Shown here: in pieces, positions 28,984-39,350 of the stretch
Layout: each line of letters opens with the position of its first letter
Numbering within the stretch: the first letter of the stretch is position 1
Position numbers and translations under genes: made by a program
Notes under the pieces: model-generated
Seen by the model: only the letters and a program-made list of their open reading frames with translations
Told to the model about the DNA's origin: nothing
The model's database searches: none
NCBI GenBank assembly: GCA_963782525.1
Contig: CAWAKC010000009.1
Location: forward strand, 128,001 to 192,000
Length of the DNA: 64,000 nt
Source: Candidatus Bathyarchaeota archaeon
Lineage (GTDB): Archaea; Thermoproteota; Bathyarchaeia; Bathyarchaeales; Bathycorpusculaceae
Direction of reading: 5' to 3'

Positions 28984-29540
28984 TTATTTTATTGGCTCGA
29001 ACGCATTTACCTGCGAAAGCTTGTCATTAGGAACTATTGTTTTTATCAGAAAAGTTTGGTTAACGGCTGCCAGTTGTGTTATAGTCTGTCGCTGAATTCC
29101 AGTCATATCCGGTTGAACAGAGATAACACCGTTTGTAGTCGCTATGTTTCCAAGTCTGTGGACGGATACGGAGATGGCGTTCGGCTGACCTTCTGTCCAT
29201 AAGCCCAGTCCATGAATATAATCAGTGTATATTCCGTAAGATCCTACTTGTGCACTTAAAACTGATTCGCCCTCAGTCCAATTAAACTGGAAGTTACCCC
29301 TCACTGCATCAACCTTGTTTACGTCAAATAAATTGTAGATTCCAGCGGTTAGAGCATCAAGGTCTTGTTCAGAAAATTAAGGTTGGTGTTTGTTTCTGTA
29401 AAGTAGATGAAATTTTCTGCCAAGCCTTTGTCTGTAGCTACACTAACGTTGTATACTTCAAGAACAGCATCAGATTTGGCATCTTGGGCTGTCGGTTTTG
29501 TTACGTTAAAAATGATTGTTGAGGGGTACTCGCTGGTTGT
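28984..29540 (-). pseudogene. truncated, frameshifted fragment of a hypothetical protein gene
   Basis: Upstream frame YPSTIIFNVTK...ENFIYFTETN shifts near 29375 into SEQDLDALTAG...VRGNFQFNWT; no start/signal region. Confidence 0.55.
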
Positions 29541-29586
29541 GCGACAATTTTAATATCTCATACCATACTATTTGGGGTAAAGCGCC

Positions 29587-31500
29587 GTGAGGGAGGGGAA
29601 AAAAGTTAAGGCAGGAGCTGCGGAGGGTTGGCAAAAATACTGGATTCCCATAGTACTACTGCTGTTGACGGCGGCGTCGTTTGTTTGGGGCGGCATCGGC
29701 GTCTTTACCGCTTTAGTTTTCACTTTTCTAGTTCCAGGATTAATCGCATACCGATATTTTCACTTAAAAACCCATGAAATCTGGGCGTTCGTACCTATTT
29801 TCAGCGTTTTGGTTTCGGTTTCGCTGATTTACTACTTATCATTAGCCGTAGGCTACTCGCAGCAAACCATCCTCGCAAGTTTTCTGGCTTTTACAGCCAT
29901 CTATGCGTTGGTTGTGTATAAAAAAGGCGAACCAATCCAACCGCCCCAAATCCTAAACATAAAAAAAGTAAAAAAAACCAGCCTTTTAGTTTTCGCCATA
30001 ATATTCCTCGTCAGCCTCGGCGTGCTCTATGCAAGCGTTTGGCGACCAAACCAATATGGCATCGTTTTAACAGGTTCAAACTGGCAGGACACTCCCTTCC
30101 ACTACGAAATCATCGAATCCATAAACCAAGGCAACTTCCCACCCCAAACCCCCAACTACATCGGCACACCCTTAACCTACCATTACTTCGTCGACTTCCA
30201 CACAGCCATAATCGAAAAAATGTACGGGTACCTACCCAACATTTTGCCACTTCTAAATGCCCTCTTCATAGTCGTTTTTGCCTTAGCCATCTACGCTTTG
30301 GCTCGTCCTTATGGTAGAAAAGCAGCCATCATCGCTACGGTTTTGGCGGTTTTCGGCTGGGGACTAAGCTATTTCGGTTTGTTTGGCGCATTGTTTAACG
30401 GTCAATTTGACCCCAACCAGAATTATATTTACCAGTTTAGGCAGCTGTTTGGCTTGCCCTCAATGTTTGATAACTTGCTCCAGCAACGTCCGTTGCTGAT
30501 GGGGTTGCCGGTGTTTGCGTTTGTTTTGGCTTTGCTAAGAAACATGGATGATAAAAACCGCCTAATTCTCGCAGGCATCCTTACAGGATTAGTTTATCAA
30601 TTCCACAACGTTGCGTTCTTCTGCTGTTACGTAGCGTTCGCCGTCTGCGTGCTTTTGAACCTAAAACGCTTCAAACTCAACTATATTTACTTCATAATTC
30701 CAAGCGTGTTTGCGTTGCCGTTCATCTTTGGCGGTGGGCCGCCTTTAACCTTCAGCGTCAGCACTGCCTTTCTAACAGATTTTGCCCAAAACCCCTTCAT
30801 CTACTACTTTCTAAACCTTGGAATACCCTTCGTTCTCGCGATTATTTCTTTCATTAAACCCGGCTATGAATATCTCAAGTTAACGTTCCTGCTACTGGTT
30901 TTGATCCCAAACATTCTGTTGCTTACGCCATGGGATTGGGATATGTACAAGTTCTTCATGTTCGCCTGGGTCCCCATCGTGGTTTTGGCTGGCATAGTTT
31001 TGGCTAAGACACCCCGCATTTTGATCGTAACATTGGTTTTGCTTTCTCTCATCACCACAGCAAGCGTAATCATCTACAACACTCAAACCCAATACCTTGG
31101 AGTAACCTGGAATGAGTACAAACTTGGACTTTGGGTACGGGACAATACGCCGCAGAATGCTGTGTTCTTAACCTACTATGGGATACATGAGCCACCTAGC
31201 ATGATTGGCGGAAGATTGAGGGTATCGTCGTATGTGTATTGGCCGTATGGACATGGCGAACCGCTTGACCAAGTAAACCAGCGCGAACATGAAATTGATT
31301 TAGCATACACAGGTAACGAAACCCAGCTGGCGATTGTAATTCGAGAATACAACATAACCTATGTGTATGTTGGCGCTGAAGAATTAAGCAATTACCCAAA
31401 TTGCATCGCACATTTCAGTTCGATTACATGGTTGCTGCAGGTTTGTGAGGATGTGGGCTTGCGAATTTACCAAGTGAATTTAGCACAGATGGGCGATTAA
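29587..31500 (+). CDS. polytopic GT-C-like membrane protein
   Basis: NWQDTPFH, FPPQTP, YHYFVD, many TMs, C-terminal ITYVYVG domain. Confidence 0.75.
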   Translation: MREGKKVKAGAAEGWQKYWIPIVLLLLTAASFVWGGIGVFTALVFTFLVPGLIAYRYFHLKTHEIWAFVPIFSVLVSVSLIYYLSLAVGYSQQTILASFLAFTAIYALVVYKKGEPIQPPQILNIKKVKKTSLLVFAIIFLVSLGVLYASVWRPNQYGIVLTGSNWQDTPFHYEIIESINQGNFPPQTPNYIGTPLTYHYFVDFHTAIIEKMYGYLPNILPLLNALFIVVFALAIYALARPYGRKAAIIATVLAVFGWGLSYFGLFGALFNGQFDPNQNYIYQFRQLFGLPSMFDNLLQQRPLLMGLPVFAFVLALLRNMDDKNRLILAGILTGLVYQFHNVAFFCCYVAFAVCVLLNLKRFKLNYIYFIIPSVFALPFIFGGGPPLTFSVSTAFLTDFAQNPFIYYFLNLGIPFVLAIISFIKPGYEYLKLTFLLLVLIPNILLLTPWDWDMYKFFMFAWVPIVVLAGIVLAKTPRILIVTLVLLSLITTASVIIYNTQTQYLGVTWNEYKLGLWVRDNTPQNAVFLTYYGIHEPPSMIGGRLRVSSYVYWPYGHGEPLDQVNQREHEIDLAYTGNETQLAIVIREYNITYVYVGAEELSNYPNCIAHFSSITWLLQVCEDVGLRIYQVNLAQMGD

Positions 31501-31543
31501 GCGCTGACAAGTCTTAAATACAAAAACAAATAGAGAACAAGTC

Positions 31544-31996
31544 ATGACAACTAAACCAGCCAGCTTAGGCATAATCCACAAAATCCTCATAGTGTTCGTC
31601 GCAATCAACATCGTTGGTGACATCGGCAACGTTGCATTCTGGTGGGCTAACCCAGCTTCGCGCGCAGCATCTCTAAACACAGGCTACATCGGCGTCAATG
31701 CAGGAGTCAGCAATGCACTCACAGCTGGCACCGTAATCCTGCTTCTTGTTTCAGTCGTGTACATAGTAGCGTTGTATAGCTTGCTAAAACGAAAGATGTG
31801 GGCACCAAAACTAATCATAGCAATATCCGTAGTCAACCGCGCACTTGCCTTAGTTCTCTACTTCATAAGCCCCGCATTCGCGTTCTGGGCAATCTGGAGC
31901 ATTATACTAATAGCAGTATCCTACTTTGACTGGAGCAAAATGAACAAGGCAACCAATACCGCAATGCCAGCAACAACACCGACAACTATTTCCTAA
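31544..31996 (+). CDS. 4-TM membrane protein
   Basis: Hydrophobic 150-aa ORF. Confidence 0.7.
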   Translation: MTTKPASLGIIHKILIVFVAINIVGDIGNVAFWWANPASRAASLNTGYIGVNAGVSNALTAGTVILLLVSVVYIVALYSLLKRKMWAPKLIIAISVVNRALALVLYFISPAFAFWAIWSIILIAVSYFDWSKMNKATNTAMPATTPTTIS

Positions 31997-32003
31997 AATT
32001 TTT

Positions 32004-32516
32004 TTATTTTTGGTTTTTTGGCACCTGATGCTTTTTGCCAGACATATAATTTATATTTATTTTTCCCATGGTTGTGGATGCGAGTTTTTCAGGTTTAATC
32101 TTAGATAGTTTAACCTCGGGATTGATAGAAACCTGCCGAACGAGGATTTCCATGCCGTGCCGCTTCTCGGCTAGGTCAGTGATAAGAGAAAGTGTGCCGC
32201 TGAAGTGAACTGAGGTGTAAGCGTAGTCGCATTCTTCGGTGACGCCGAAGTCTAAGATTGCTTGTCCCCAAACATTCGGGTTTGCTTCTGCATAGAGGAG
32301 TTTTTTACCTTCAGGGGCACAGTGGAAATAGATGCAGTTGTGGGCTTGGTCATATCCGTGGTTGAGCGCAACCAGATAGGGCTCATTGTTCATGCAGAAG
32401 GCAACCGTCACATATTTCGTGTTTTTGAGTACCATCCGCATCTCATCTTGGTCGGTGATTTCCCGTTCCCTGCGCCTAACATGAAAAGACATACTTGAAA
32501 TTAAGCCGCGGGGCAA
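32004..32516 (-). CDS. pyridoxamine 5'-phosphate oxidase-like/NimA flavin-binding protein
   Basis: RRREREI, PYLVALNHGY, IYFHCAPEGKK. Confidence 0.85.
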   Translation of the reverse strand: MPRGLISSMSFHVRRREREITDQDEMRMVLKNTKYVTVAFCMNNEPYLVALNHGYDQAHNCIYFHCAPEGKKLLYAEANPNVWGQAILDFGVTEECDYAYTSVHFSGTLSLITDLAEKRHGMEILVRQVSINPEVKLSKIKPEKLASTTMGKININYMSGKKHQVPKNQK

Positions 32517-33035
32517 TTAAGTTTTTTCGCGTTTTATTTTTGTTTTTGATATTTTGTTTTTCAGGAAACCAACTATACTAGGGGTGAAGATCGAAAGCGA
32601 CGCCAATAGGAAGTTTAAAGGAAAAACATATGGGGACTCGAAGAGGTTGTCGCCGTATGAGCCATTGATGTTTTGTATGTAACCAACAAATTGGAACAGT
32701 GACCATCCTGCCACGTATAGTAGGGCGCCGCCGAGGCGAGCAAGATACTTCTGCTTTCGGCTTAAAGCCTCAGTTTGCAAGTTAGCGTAAAGTATTTCGC
32801 CTGCGATTGCACCTGCCCCTCCTGGGAAAAATGCGTTAACCAAAACCTTCTCTACAATGTTTCCGGGTACGAAGGGTGTAACCCACCAAGGCATAAACAT
32901 GCTTAAGATTGGCAGGTGAATGCTGCCTGTTGCTATCCTAATCGATGCAGGTGTGGCATAGATTAACGCGCCGCCTAACTGCCAAACCCAAAACCGCCTA
33001 TTTCGAAGCGTAGATGAGATGGCTTTTAGGAACAT
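32517..33035 (-). CDS. hypothetical membrane protein
   Basis: 172-aa hydrophobic ORF abutting the next gene. Confidence 0.7.
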   Translation of the reverse strand: MFLKAISSTLRNRRFWVWQLGGALIYATPASIRIATGSIHLPILSMFMPWWVTPFVPGNIVEKVLVNAFFPGGAGAIAGEILYANLQTEALSRKQKYLARLGGALLYVAGWSLFQFVGYIQNINGSYGDNLFESPYVFPLNFLLASLSIFTPSIVGFLKNKISKTKIKREKT

Positions 33036-33780
33036 AGCACAAACTAACTGTGCAAGTTTTAAAAAGCCTTTCCAAAATAAAAGTCAGTTTTGCTTGGGGG
33101 AGAAAATATAGTGTTCGACGGACCAAGCCATGCGCTAACATCGGTAAAGTGCAGAAGTTCGAGGGGGACACTTTATCCTTTGTTAGCAGCCAGACCCGCC
33201 TAACGAGGGGTATTATCTTTTTGCTTGGAACATGTTAGGTTTCAATTTAATTTAAAATGATGTTGTCTCATTTTGAAGTCACAATAAAAATTTTGAGCTA
33301 TTATTATACACAGAAGTGCCTGCCAGGTTTTGGACACGTGTAATTAGCCAAACGGAAAAAGCGTTTTCCATTTTCTTATCAGGTACATCAAGCTTTTTTC
33401 TACAGTTGGGGCAATTCGCCGCTAAGATGCAGTTTTGAAAATTAATCACCTATGAAAGTATAATATGCAAATAACTCGGTGGAATAGTTAAAAGAATATG
33501 TGTGTACGGTCAAGCAACAACAAATAAAAAATGCATTTTACCGACGTGCCGCAATCAAACTATTTTTTTGTTCTATCAAATATGACACTTGCTCTTCAAT
33601 TATAATTTCGAACATGCGCGTTGGCATACGCATTCAGTTTTTAGGTTTCCGTTGCTGAATGTCCCACGGAAATGGGTATGTTATTTTTGGTCTAACGCAT
33701 CAAAAATTTTCAACTGTACAGATATGCCTTTAAGCATCATTTCTGAGGTTTTTGTGGATTAAAATTGTGTTGATGACCTG

Positions 33781-36345
33781 ATGCGAGATATTGATGTTGA
33801 CTCGATAACAGGCCTCTCTAGCATGGAGGTATCCCGCAAGTTACAAGAGGAAGGTTACAACGAATTGCCTTCGTCTGGAAAACGAGGCATCTTAAGAATA
33901 GTTTTCAGTGTATTTAAAGAACCCATTTTTTTGCTTTTGGTCGCAAGCGGCAGCCTCTACTTTCTACTGGGCGAAGTCACTGAAGGCATTGTGCTTTTGA
34001 GTTTTGTCTTCGTCATCATCGGCATCACAGTTTATCAGGAACAAAAAACCGAAAACGCATTAGATGCTCTAAAAAACCTCTCCAGCCCCAGAGCATTAGT
34101 AATTAGGGATGGCGTGCAAAAGAGGATTCCTGGCCGAGAAGTTGTTTCAGGAGACATACTTATCCTGTCAGAAGGTGACCGCGTACCTGCCGATTGCCTC
34201 CTGTTAACATGTAATAACCTGATGGTTGATGAGGCGCTTCTCACGGGCGAATCTGTTCCAGTCCGTAAAGTTGCGTGGGATGGTGTGGAACAAACCTATC
34301 GTGCGGGTGGCGACGATTTACCCTTCGCTTACTCTGGAACATTGATTATTCAGGGTCAAGCAATTGCTGAAGTGAAGAGCACCGGACCAAAAACTGAAAT
34401 GGGAAAAATTGGGGCTGTTTTGCAAAAGGTAGAGCGGGATGAAACCAGGCTAAAGAAAGAAATTAGCCACATAGTTCGAAACAGCGCAATAGTGGGTCTC
34501 AGTTTATGTGCAATTATAATTGTTGTTTACGGCTTTACCCGTCTTGACTGGATTGACGGCTTCTTAGCTGGAATAACTTTGGCGATGGCTATTTTGCCTG
34601 AAGAGTTTCCAGTAGTTCTTACCATTTTCTTAGCTTTGGGCGCATGGCGCATGTCAAAGAAAAATGTGCTTACAAGACAGGTCCATGCAATTGAGAACTT
34701 GGGCGGCGCAACAGTTCTTTGTGTTGACAAAACAGGAACCTTAACACAGAATAAAATGTCTGTTCACAAATTATTTTCCAACGGCAAAGTATGCGAAATA
34801 GAATCATCTATGAAGTTGCCCCCAGATTTCTGCCACGAACTAGTCGAATTTAGCGTTCTAGCGTGTAAAGAAGATCCGTTTGACCCGATGGAGAAAGCAA
34901 TAAAAAGCTTCACCGAAGGCGAGTTCGCCAAAACCGAGCATGTGCATGACGACTGGCAGTTGGTGCAGGAATATCCACTTTCTCAGAAACTATTGGCTAT
35001 GTCTAATGTTTGGATATCGCCAAGCGGAGAAGATTATATGATAGCCGCGAAAGGTGCACCAGAAGCCATCGTAGACCTTTGCCATTTCGACGCGGCACAA
35101 GCTAGAGAGCTATCAGTTCATATTCAAGCGATGGCGCAAGAAGGTCTAAGAGTGCTCGGCGTAGCAAAGGCATCATTCAAAAAAACTGACCTGCCGCATG
35201 AACAACACGATTTCGTTTTCAGCTTTTTGGGGCTCATTGGATTTGCTGACCCCGTTAGACCGAATGTTATGGGAGCCGTAAAGGAATGTTACAGTGCAGG
35301 CATCCGCGTAGTTATGATTACTGGCGACTACCCTTTAACTGCACAAAACATCGGTCGACAAATAGGGCTTAGGAATCCAGAAAACTGTATCACAGGACTT
35401 GAACTAGACCAAATGTCAGATGAAGCCCTAAAAGGACGCATTAGGGATGTTAACATTTTTGCTCGGGTAGTTCCTGAACAGAAACTTCGAATAGTAAACG
35501 CCTTCAAAAGCGTCGGAGAAGTTGTAGCAATGACAGGCGACGGCGTTAACGATGCGCCTGCTCTTAAATCAGCAAATATTGGAATCGCAATGGGTGGAAG
35601 GGGCACCGATGTTGCAAGGGAATCTGCTTCTATGGTGCTTTTGGATGATGATTTTACCTCTATTGTCAGCGGCGTACGAATGGGCCGCAGAATATACGAC
35701 AACCTAAAGAAAGCCATAGCCTACATCTTTTCAATTCACATACCCATCGCCGGCATGTCAGTTATTCCGGTGCTGTTTGGATGGCCGCTAATTCTGCTAC
35801 CCCTGCACATTGTCTTTTTAGAATTGATCATTGACCCAGCATGCTCAGTGGTTTTTGAAACGGAAGGTGAAGAAGCCAACATAATGACACGAAAGCCCCG
35901 CAGCATGGATAAGAAACTCTTCAACAGAGAGGCAGTTGTGGTTGCGTTCCTTCAGGGCTTTGTGGTTCTGCTAATCGTAGCCCTCATATTCGTAACTTCA
36001 ATTAACCAGGGACTTGGCGAGCAAACCGCTCGAACAATGGCTTTCGCAACCATAGTTACCGCAAACTTGGCGTTAATTTTGGCAAACCGTTCTTGGGCTC
36101 ATACAATCATCGGGACCCTGCGAAAACCCAACAAAGCATTCTGGTGGATACTTGCCATCGCAACAGTTGCGCTTATCGTCGTCATATATGTACCGCAACT
36201 AAGCGGTCTCTTCAACTTTAGCCCTTTAAACCCAATGAACCTCTTAATCAGTATAGGCGCAGGAATATCCAGCATAATATGGTTCGAAATCTACAAGGCC
36301 ACTAAAATCTTTAGAAGCAGGAAGAATTCAAAAATAATTGAATAA
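33781..36345 (+). CDS. cation-transporting P-type ATPase (P2/Ca2+-like)
   Basis: LTGES, LPEEF, DKTGTLT, KGAPE, MITGD, MTGDGVNDAPAL. Confidence 0.95.
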   Translation: MRDIDVDSITGLSSMEVSRKLQEEGYNELPSSGKRGILRIVFSVFKEPIFLLLVASGSLYFLLGEVTEGIVLLSFVFVIIGITVYQEQKTENALDALKNLSSPRALVIRDGVQKRIPGREVVSGDILILSEGDRVPADCLLLTCNNLMVDEALLTGESVPVRKVAWDGVEQTYRAGGDDLPFAYSGTLIIQGQAIAEVKSTGPKTEMGKIGAVLQKVERDETRLKKEISHIVRNSAIVGLSLCAIIIVVYGFTRLDWIDGFLAGITLAMAILPEEFPVVLTIFLALGAWRMSKKNVLTRQVHAIENLGGATVLCVDKTGTLTQNKMSVHKLFSNGKVCEIESSMKLPPDFCHELVEFSVLACKEDPFDPMEKAIKSFTEGEFAKTEHVHDDWQLVQEYPLSQKLLAMSNVWISPSGEDYMIAAKGAPEAIVDLCHFDAAQARELSVHIQAMAQEGLRVLGVAKASFKKTDLPHEQHDFVFSFLGLIGFADPVRPNVMGAVKECYSAGIRVVMITGDYPLTAQNIGRQIGLRNPENCITGLELDQMSDEALKGRIRDVNIFARVVPEQKLRIVNAFKSVGEVVAMTGDGVNDAPALKSANIGIAMGGRGTDVARESASMVLLDDDFTSIVSGVRMGRRIYDNLKKAIAYIFSIHIPIAGMSVIPVLFGWPLILLPLHIVFLELIIDPACSVVFETEGEEANIMTRKPRSMDKKLFNREAVVVAFLQGFVVLLIVALIFVTSINQGLGEQTARTMAFATIVTANLALILANRSWAHTIIGTLRKPNKAFWWILAIATVALIVVIYVPQLSGLFNFSPLNPMNLLISIGAGISSIIWFEIYKATKIFRSRKNSKIIE

Positions 36346-36476
36346 CCCTAATTGAAAATGCCCACTAACAGCTTATTCATGAACCTATTTGGTCACCAAT
36401 AGTGGGTTCACTACAGAAACCTAATAGGGTCAGTGCAATGGAATTTTCTACTGTCAATGATATGTTAAAAAAGGTT

Positions 36477-37424
36477 TCAGGGTCTGTATCCGCTAAGGGT
36501 ACTAAGTGCTAATGCTGCGGCAGTTAAATCTGCGGTTGTGCCTGGGTTGCAGGAGTTGCCTTTTGAGCGAAGTTTTTTGTCGAATTCTTTGAGACTTTTT
36601 TTTCCTTTAGACGTTTCTAAGCCGCCTAGTTCAAGTATGGATTTGGCCTCAGAGGAAACCTCACGAGCTTTTTCTTTTCCAACTTTTCGAGCGATGAATG
36701 TGTCTGGGCGTTCGGATAGGATTTTTAAAAAAGTGTGAACTACTCCCGTGTTTAGGGGTTTGCTTTCAAGCTGAGCTTTCAGGTAAGGGTAGGCTAATTC
36801 GAAGGTTATCGGGTAGTTGTTGACCCATTCGTAGCATATGTCGTCGTACGCTGAGGCAAGCTTGAAAACTTCAAACAACCTCACGTTTTCTTTGAGTAGC
36901 CGCTCTTTGGATGCTGGATCGGTGACGTCGAGGTCTGGTGCATCACCAAGTCCGCTGGGGTTGGCAATGCCAACGGCTTCGTAGAGGTGAACAGAATCCC
37001 ATGCAGAGCTGGATTTGACGACCAAATCAATGTTCTGTCGCAATTTTTTGAAATCAAAAACGTAGCCTTTCTTTGGCAGCGTCATGCCAGCGGCCACAGC
37101 GATGGGAACAAACAGCATAACCGTACCGAGAATGGTGTTTCCACCCTTCTGCCAAGCATTAACATCCACCGCACAATCCTTAATGAGTTGGCCCAACCCA
37201 ACCTTGCCGACATCAAGCCGCTTCTCCGCTACTGCCGTACCAAGATAAGCCGCCTCCTGAAAAGTCGATGAGGCGGCAACCGCAGAAGCTAAAAAATGCT
37301 CCACCCTCGTCTTCTCAAAGCTTGCGGTGAAACTTACGTTGCCTGGTTTTTGGCTGCTGACTTCCAGCAAAATCGCCAATTGCAGGCATTTGGATATGTG
37401 TTTTGCTTTTTCGCAGTTGCTCAT
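36477..37424 (-). CDS. CitG-like triphosphoribosyl-dephospho-CoA synthase family protein
   Basis: LEVSSQKPGNV, NTILG, PDTFIARK, NPGTTADL. Confidence 0.85.
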   Translation of the reverse strand: MSNCEKAKHISKCLQLAILLEVSSQKPGNVSFTASFEKTRVEHFLASAVAASSTFQEAAYLGTAVAEKRLDVGKVGLGQLIKDCAVDVNAWQKGGNTILGTVMLFVPIAVAAGMTLPKKGYVFDFKKLRQNIDLVVKSSSAWDSVHLYEAVGIANPSGLGDAPDLDVTDPASKERLLKENVRLFEVFKLASAYDDICYEWVNNYPITFELAYPYLKAQLESKPLNTGVVHTFLKILSERPDTFIARKVGKEKAREVSSEAKSILELGGLETSKGKKSLKEFDKKLRSKGNSCNPGTTADLTAAALALSTLSGYRP

Positions 37425-37496
37425 TTGAATGTGCTCTGGTATTGTGGCTTAAAGAAGGTTTATTAAAGTTTTGAAAACTACAAGCTTTTGATTTGT

Positions 37497-38519
37497 ATGA
37501 AAGCACGCGAGGGCGATTTGATCAAAACCAAGAGCCAAGTGGTTTTTGACGTTAAAGGCTTAGTTCATCCACCCAACAAAGTTATTGCGTTCCCTCGCTT
37601 TATTCCCTCGCCGCAAGGCACAAGGCAAGGCAAGGATGCACTTTACGGCAAAGTCTACAGCCTAGGCGACCGCTTCAAGTACCTGCAAGAAAACCATCCT
37701 GACCTCATCGTTTTTGACCCGGTTTTCGGCGAAACAATGTGTGAAGTGACAGTTGACCAAATCGCTGAGCACTACCAACCACCCGAAAAACTTTCTTCTC
37801 TGCGCACAGCCAAAAACCCGAATATCCTAGAGAGCAAAGCGCTGCATCTGGCAACAACGTTAAAGGAAAAATCTGGCATTCCCTGGAGCGCAATCGGCAT
37901 CTCTGGCTCGATAATGGCTGGATTAACCACCGAGAAATCAGACATCGACCCCCTGGTTTATGGCATGGAAAACAGCTGCAAAGCCTATGCAGCGCTAAAA
38001 GAATTGCGAAAAACCGAGGGTTCAGGCTTCAAACCCTACAGCAAAGCAGAGCTTCAGACGCTCTTCGACTTCCGTTCGAAGGATACCGAGATGAACTTCG
38101 AAGACTTCATCTCTGTCGAAAGCCGCAAAGCATTCCAAGGCATGTTCATGGGAACCGACTACTTCATCCGCTTCGTGAAGGACTGGAACGAAACAAACGA
38201 GCAGTATGGCGACGTGTGCTACAAGAACAGCGGATATGCAAAAATAATTGCCAACATCGCTGACAGTTCCGATGCACTATTTACGCCCTGCACTTATAAA
38301 CTCAAAGATGTCTCAGTTATTGAAGGACCCAAACTTACGCGAATAACTGAAATCGTTTCTTTCCGTGGAAGGTTCTGTGAACAAGCAACGGTTGATGAAA
38401 AAATTGAAGCACAGGGCAAAGTCGAACTCGTAACTGATAACAAAACAGGCGAAACGCATTACCGACTTATCATCGGGGGCAAACCTACAGATTACATGGT
38501 TATCAAATTCCAAAGTTAA
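37497..38519 (+). CDS. predicted nucleotidyltransferase (COG1665-like), paralog 1
   Basis: REGD, VKGLVHPP, GISGS...SDID, C-terminal GKVELV. Confidence 0.8.
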   Translation: MKAREGDLIKTKSQVVFDVKGLVHPPNKVIAFPRFIPSPQGTRQGKDALYGKVYSLGDRFKYLQENHPDLIVFDPVFGETMCEVTVDQIAEHYQPPEKLSSLRTAKNPNILESKALHLATTLKEKSGIPWSAIGISGSIMAGLTTEKSDIDPLVYGMENSCKAYAALKELRKTEGSGFKPYSKAELQTLFDFRSKDTEMNFEDFISVESRKAFQGMFMGTDYFIRFVKDWNETNEQYGDVCYKNSGYAKIIANIADSSDALFTPCTYKLKDVSVIEGPKLTRITEIVSFRGRFCEQATVDEKIEAQGKVELVTDNKTGETHYRLIIGGKPTDYMVIKFQS

Positions 38520-38593
38520 CCCAACAATTCTAAAAGTTCTAATATCGATGGAAAACAATACGCTTAAAAAATAGGTCAATAGTGATTAGGCGC

Positions 38594-38728
38594 TTAGAAG
38601 CGCCTCAACTGATTTTTTGTGTGGTCCCTAACTTGCATCGCTTTCCTTTTAGCCATTGTACACTTAACAAAAGCAGCTACCAAAGAACTTGCACCGAAGA
38701 CTTGAATGCTTAGAGCTACTATGTCCAT
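38594..38728 (-). CDS. 44-aa single-TM microprotein
   Basis: MDIVALSIQVFGASSLVAAFVKCTMAKRK...; GGTGA SD. Confidence 0.45.
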   Translation of the reverse strand: MDIVALSIQVFGASSLVAAFVKCTMAKRKAMQVRDHTKNQLRRF

Positions 38729-38746
38729 GCATTATCACCGTTTGAC

Positions 38747-38878
38747 TTAGTAGTTCCCATCGTTTAAGTTGGCAGTTATTGCACTAACTTTCTTTGCTAC
38801 ATATATTTCAAATGCCAAGGTGCCAATCGCACTTGCGATGACACTCAAACCGACTATTATTAGGCTAAACATTTTCAT
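38747..38878 (-). CDS. 43-aa single-TM microprotein
   Basis: MKMFSLIIVGLSVIASAIGTLAFEIYVAKK...; AGGTGA SD, TTTATA upstream. Confidence 0.55.
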   Translation of the reverse strand: MKMFSLIIVGLSVIASAIGTLAFEIYVAKKVSAITANLNDGNY

Positions 38879-39089
38879 ATGTCACCTTTTAGTTACAACA
38901 GACAAACGCTCAATCAAATATAAATATAGTTATGACTTGTTCATAATTTATCATAACTATTGAAATAATGAAGAGCAAAAACAATTATTTCTAAACAATC
39001 AAATAGTTCGAGATTGAACTCCCACAACAATTATTTTTGAAGGAACAACTAATCGGATTCTCGTTCTATCTGTTGATATGAGTTCCTGT

Positions 39090-39233
39090 TGAACAAGCAA
39101 CATTTGATGAAAAAATTGAGGCACAGGGCAAAGTCGAACTCGTAACTGATAACAAAAACAGTTCAAACGAATATACCGATTAATTATTGTCAGTAAACCG
39201 TCGGATTACATGGTGCTTAAACATTCGATCTAA
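39090..39233 (+). repeat. diverged duplicate of the 3' end of the 37497-38519 gene
   Basis: Matches 38378-38519, including identical GCACAGGGCAAAGTCGAACTCGTAACTGATAACAAAA. Confidence 0.9.
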
Positions 39234-39261
39234 AAGCAACCCAAATCTGAAACTATTCAAT

Positions 39262-39316
39262 AGAAGTTGTTGTTGCTGCTGCTGCAACCCATTCCCACCA
39301 CCAATAGTTGCAACAA
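39262..39316. repeat. dispersed imperfect palindromic repeat, copy 1
   Basis: AGAAGTTGTTGTTGCTGCTGC...GTTGCAACAA shared with 59536-59585. Confidence 0.65.
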
Positions 39317-39350
39317 TTAACCCAAACGAAGTCTAATTCTTCAATTTGAG

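Noticed and set aside
33088-33228. TPP or cobalamin riboswitch
   Set aside because: Only fragmentary resemblance (CCCCTCGAAC; AGCCAGACCCGCC). The core CTGAGA, AGGGAA and GCAACTGT motifs are missing.
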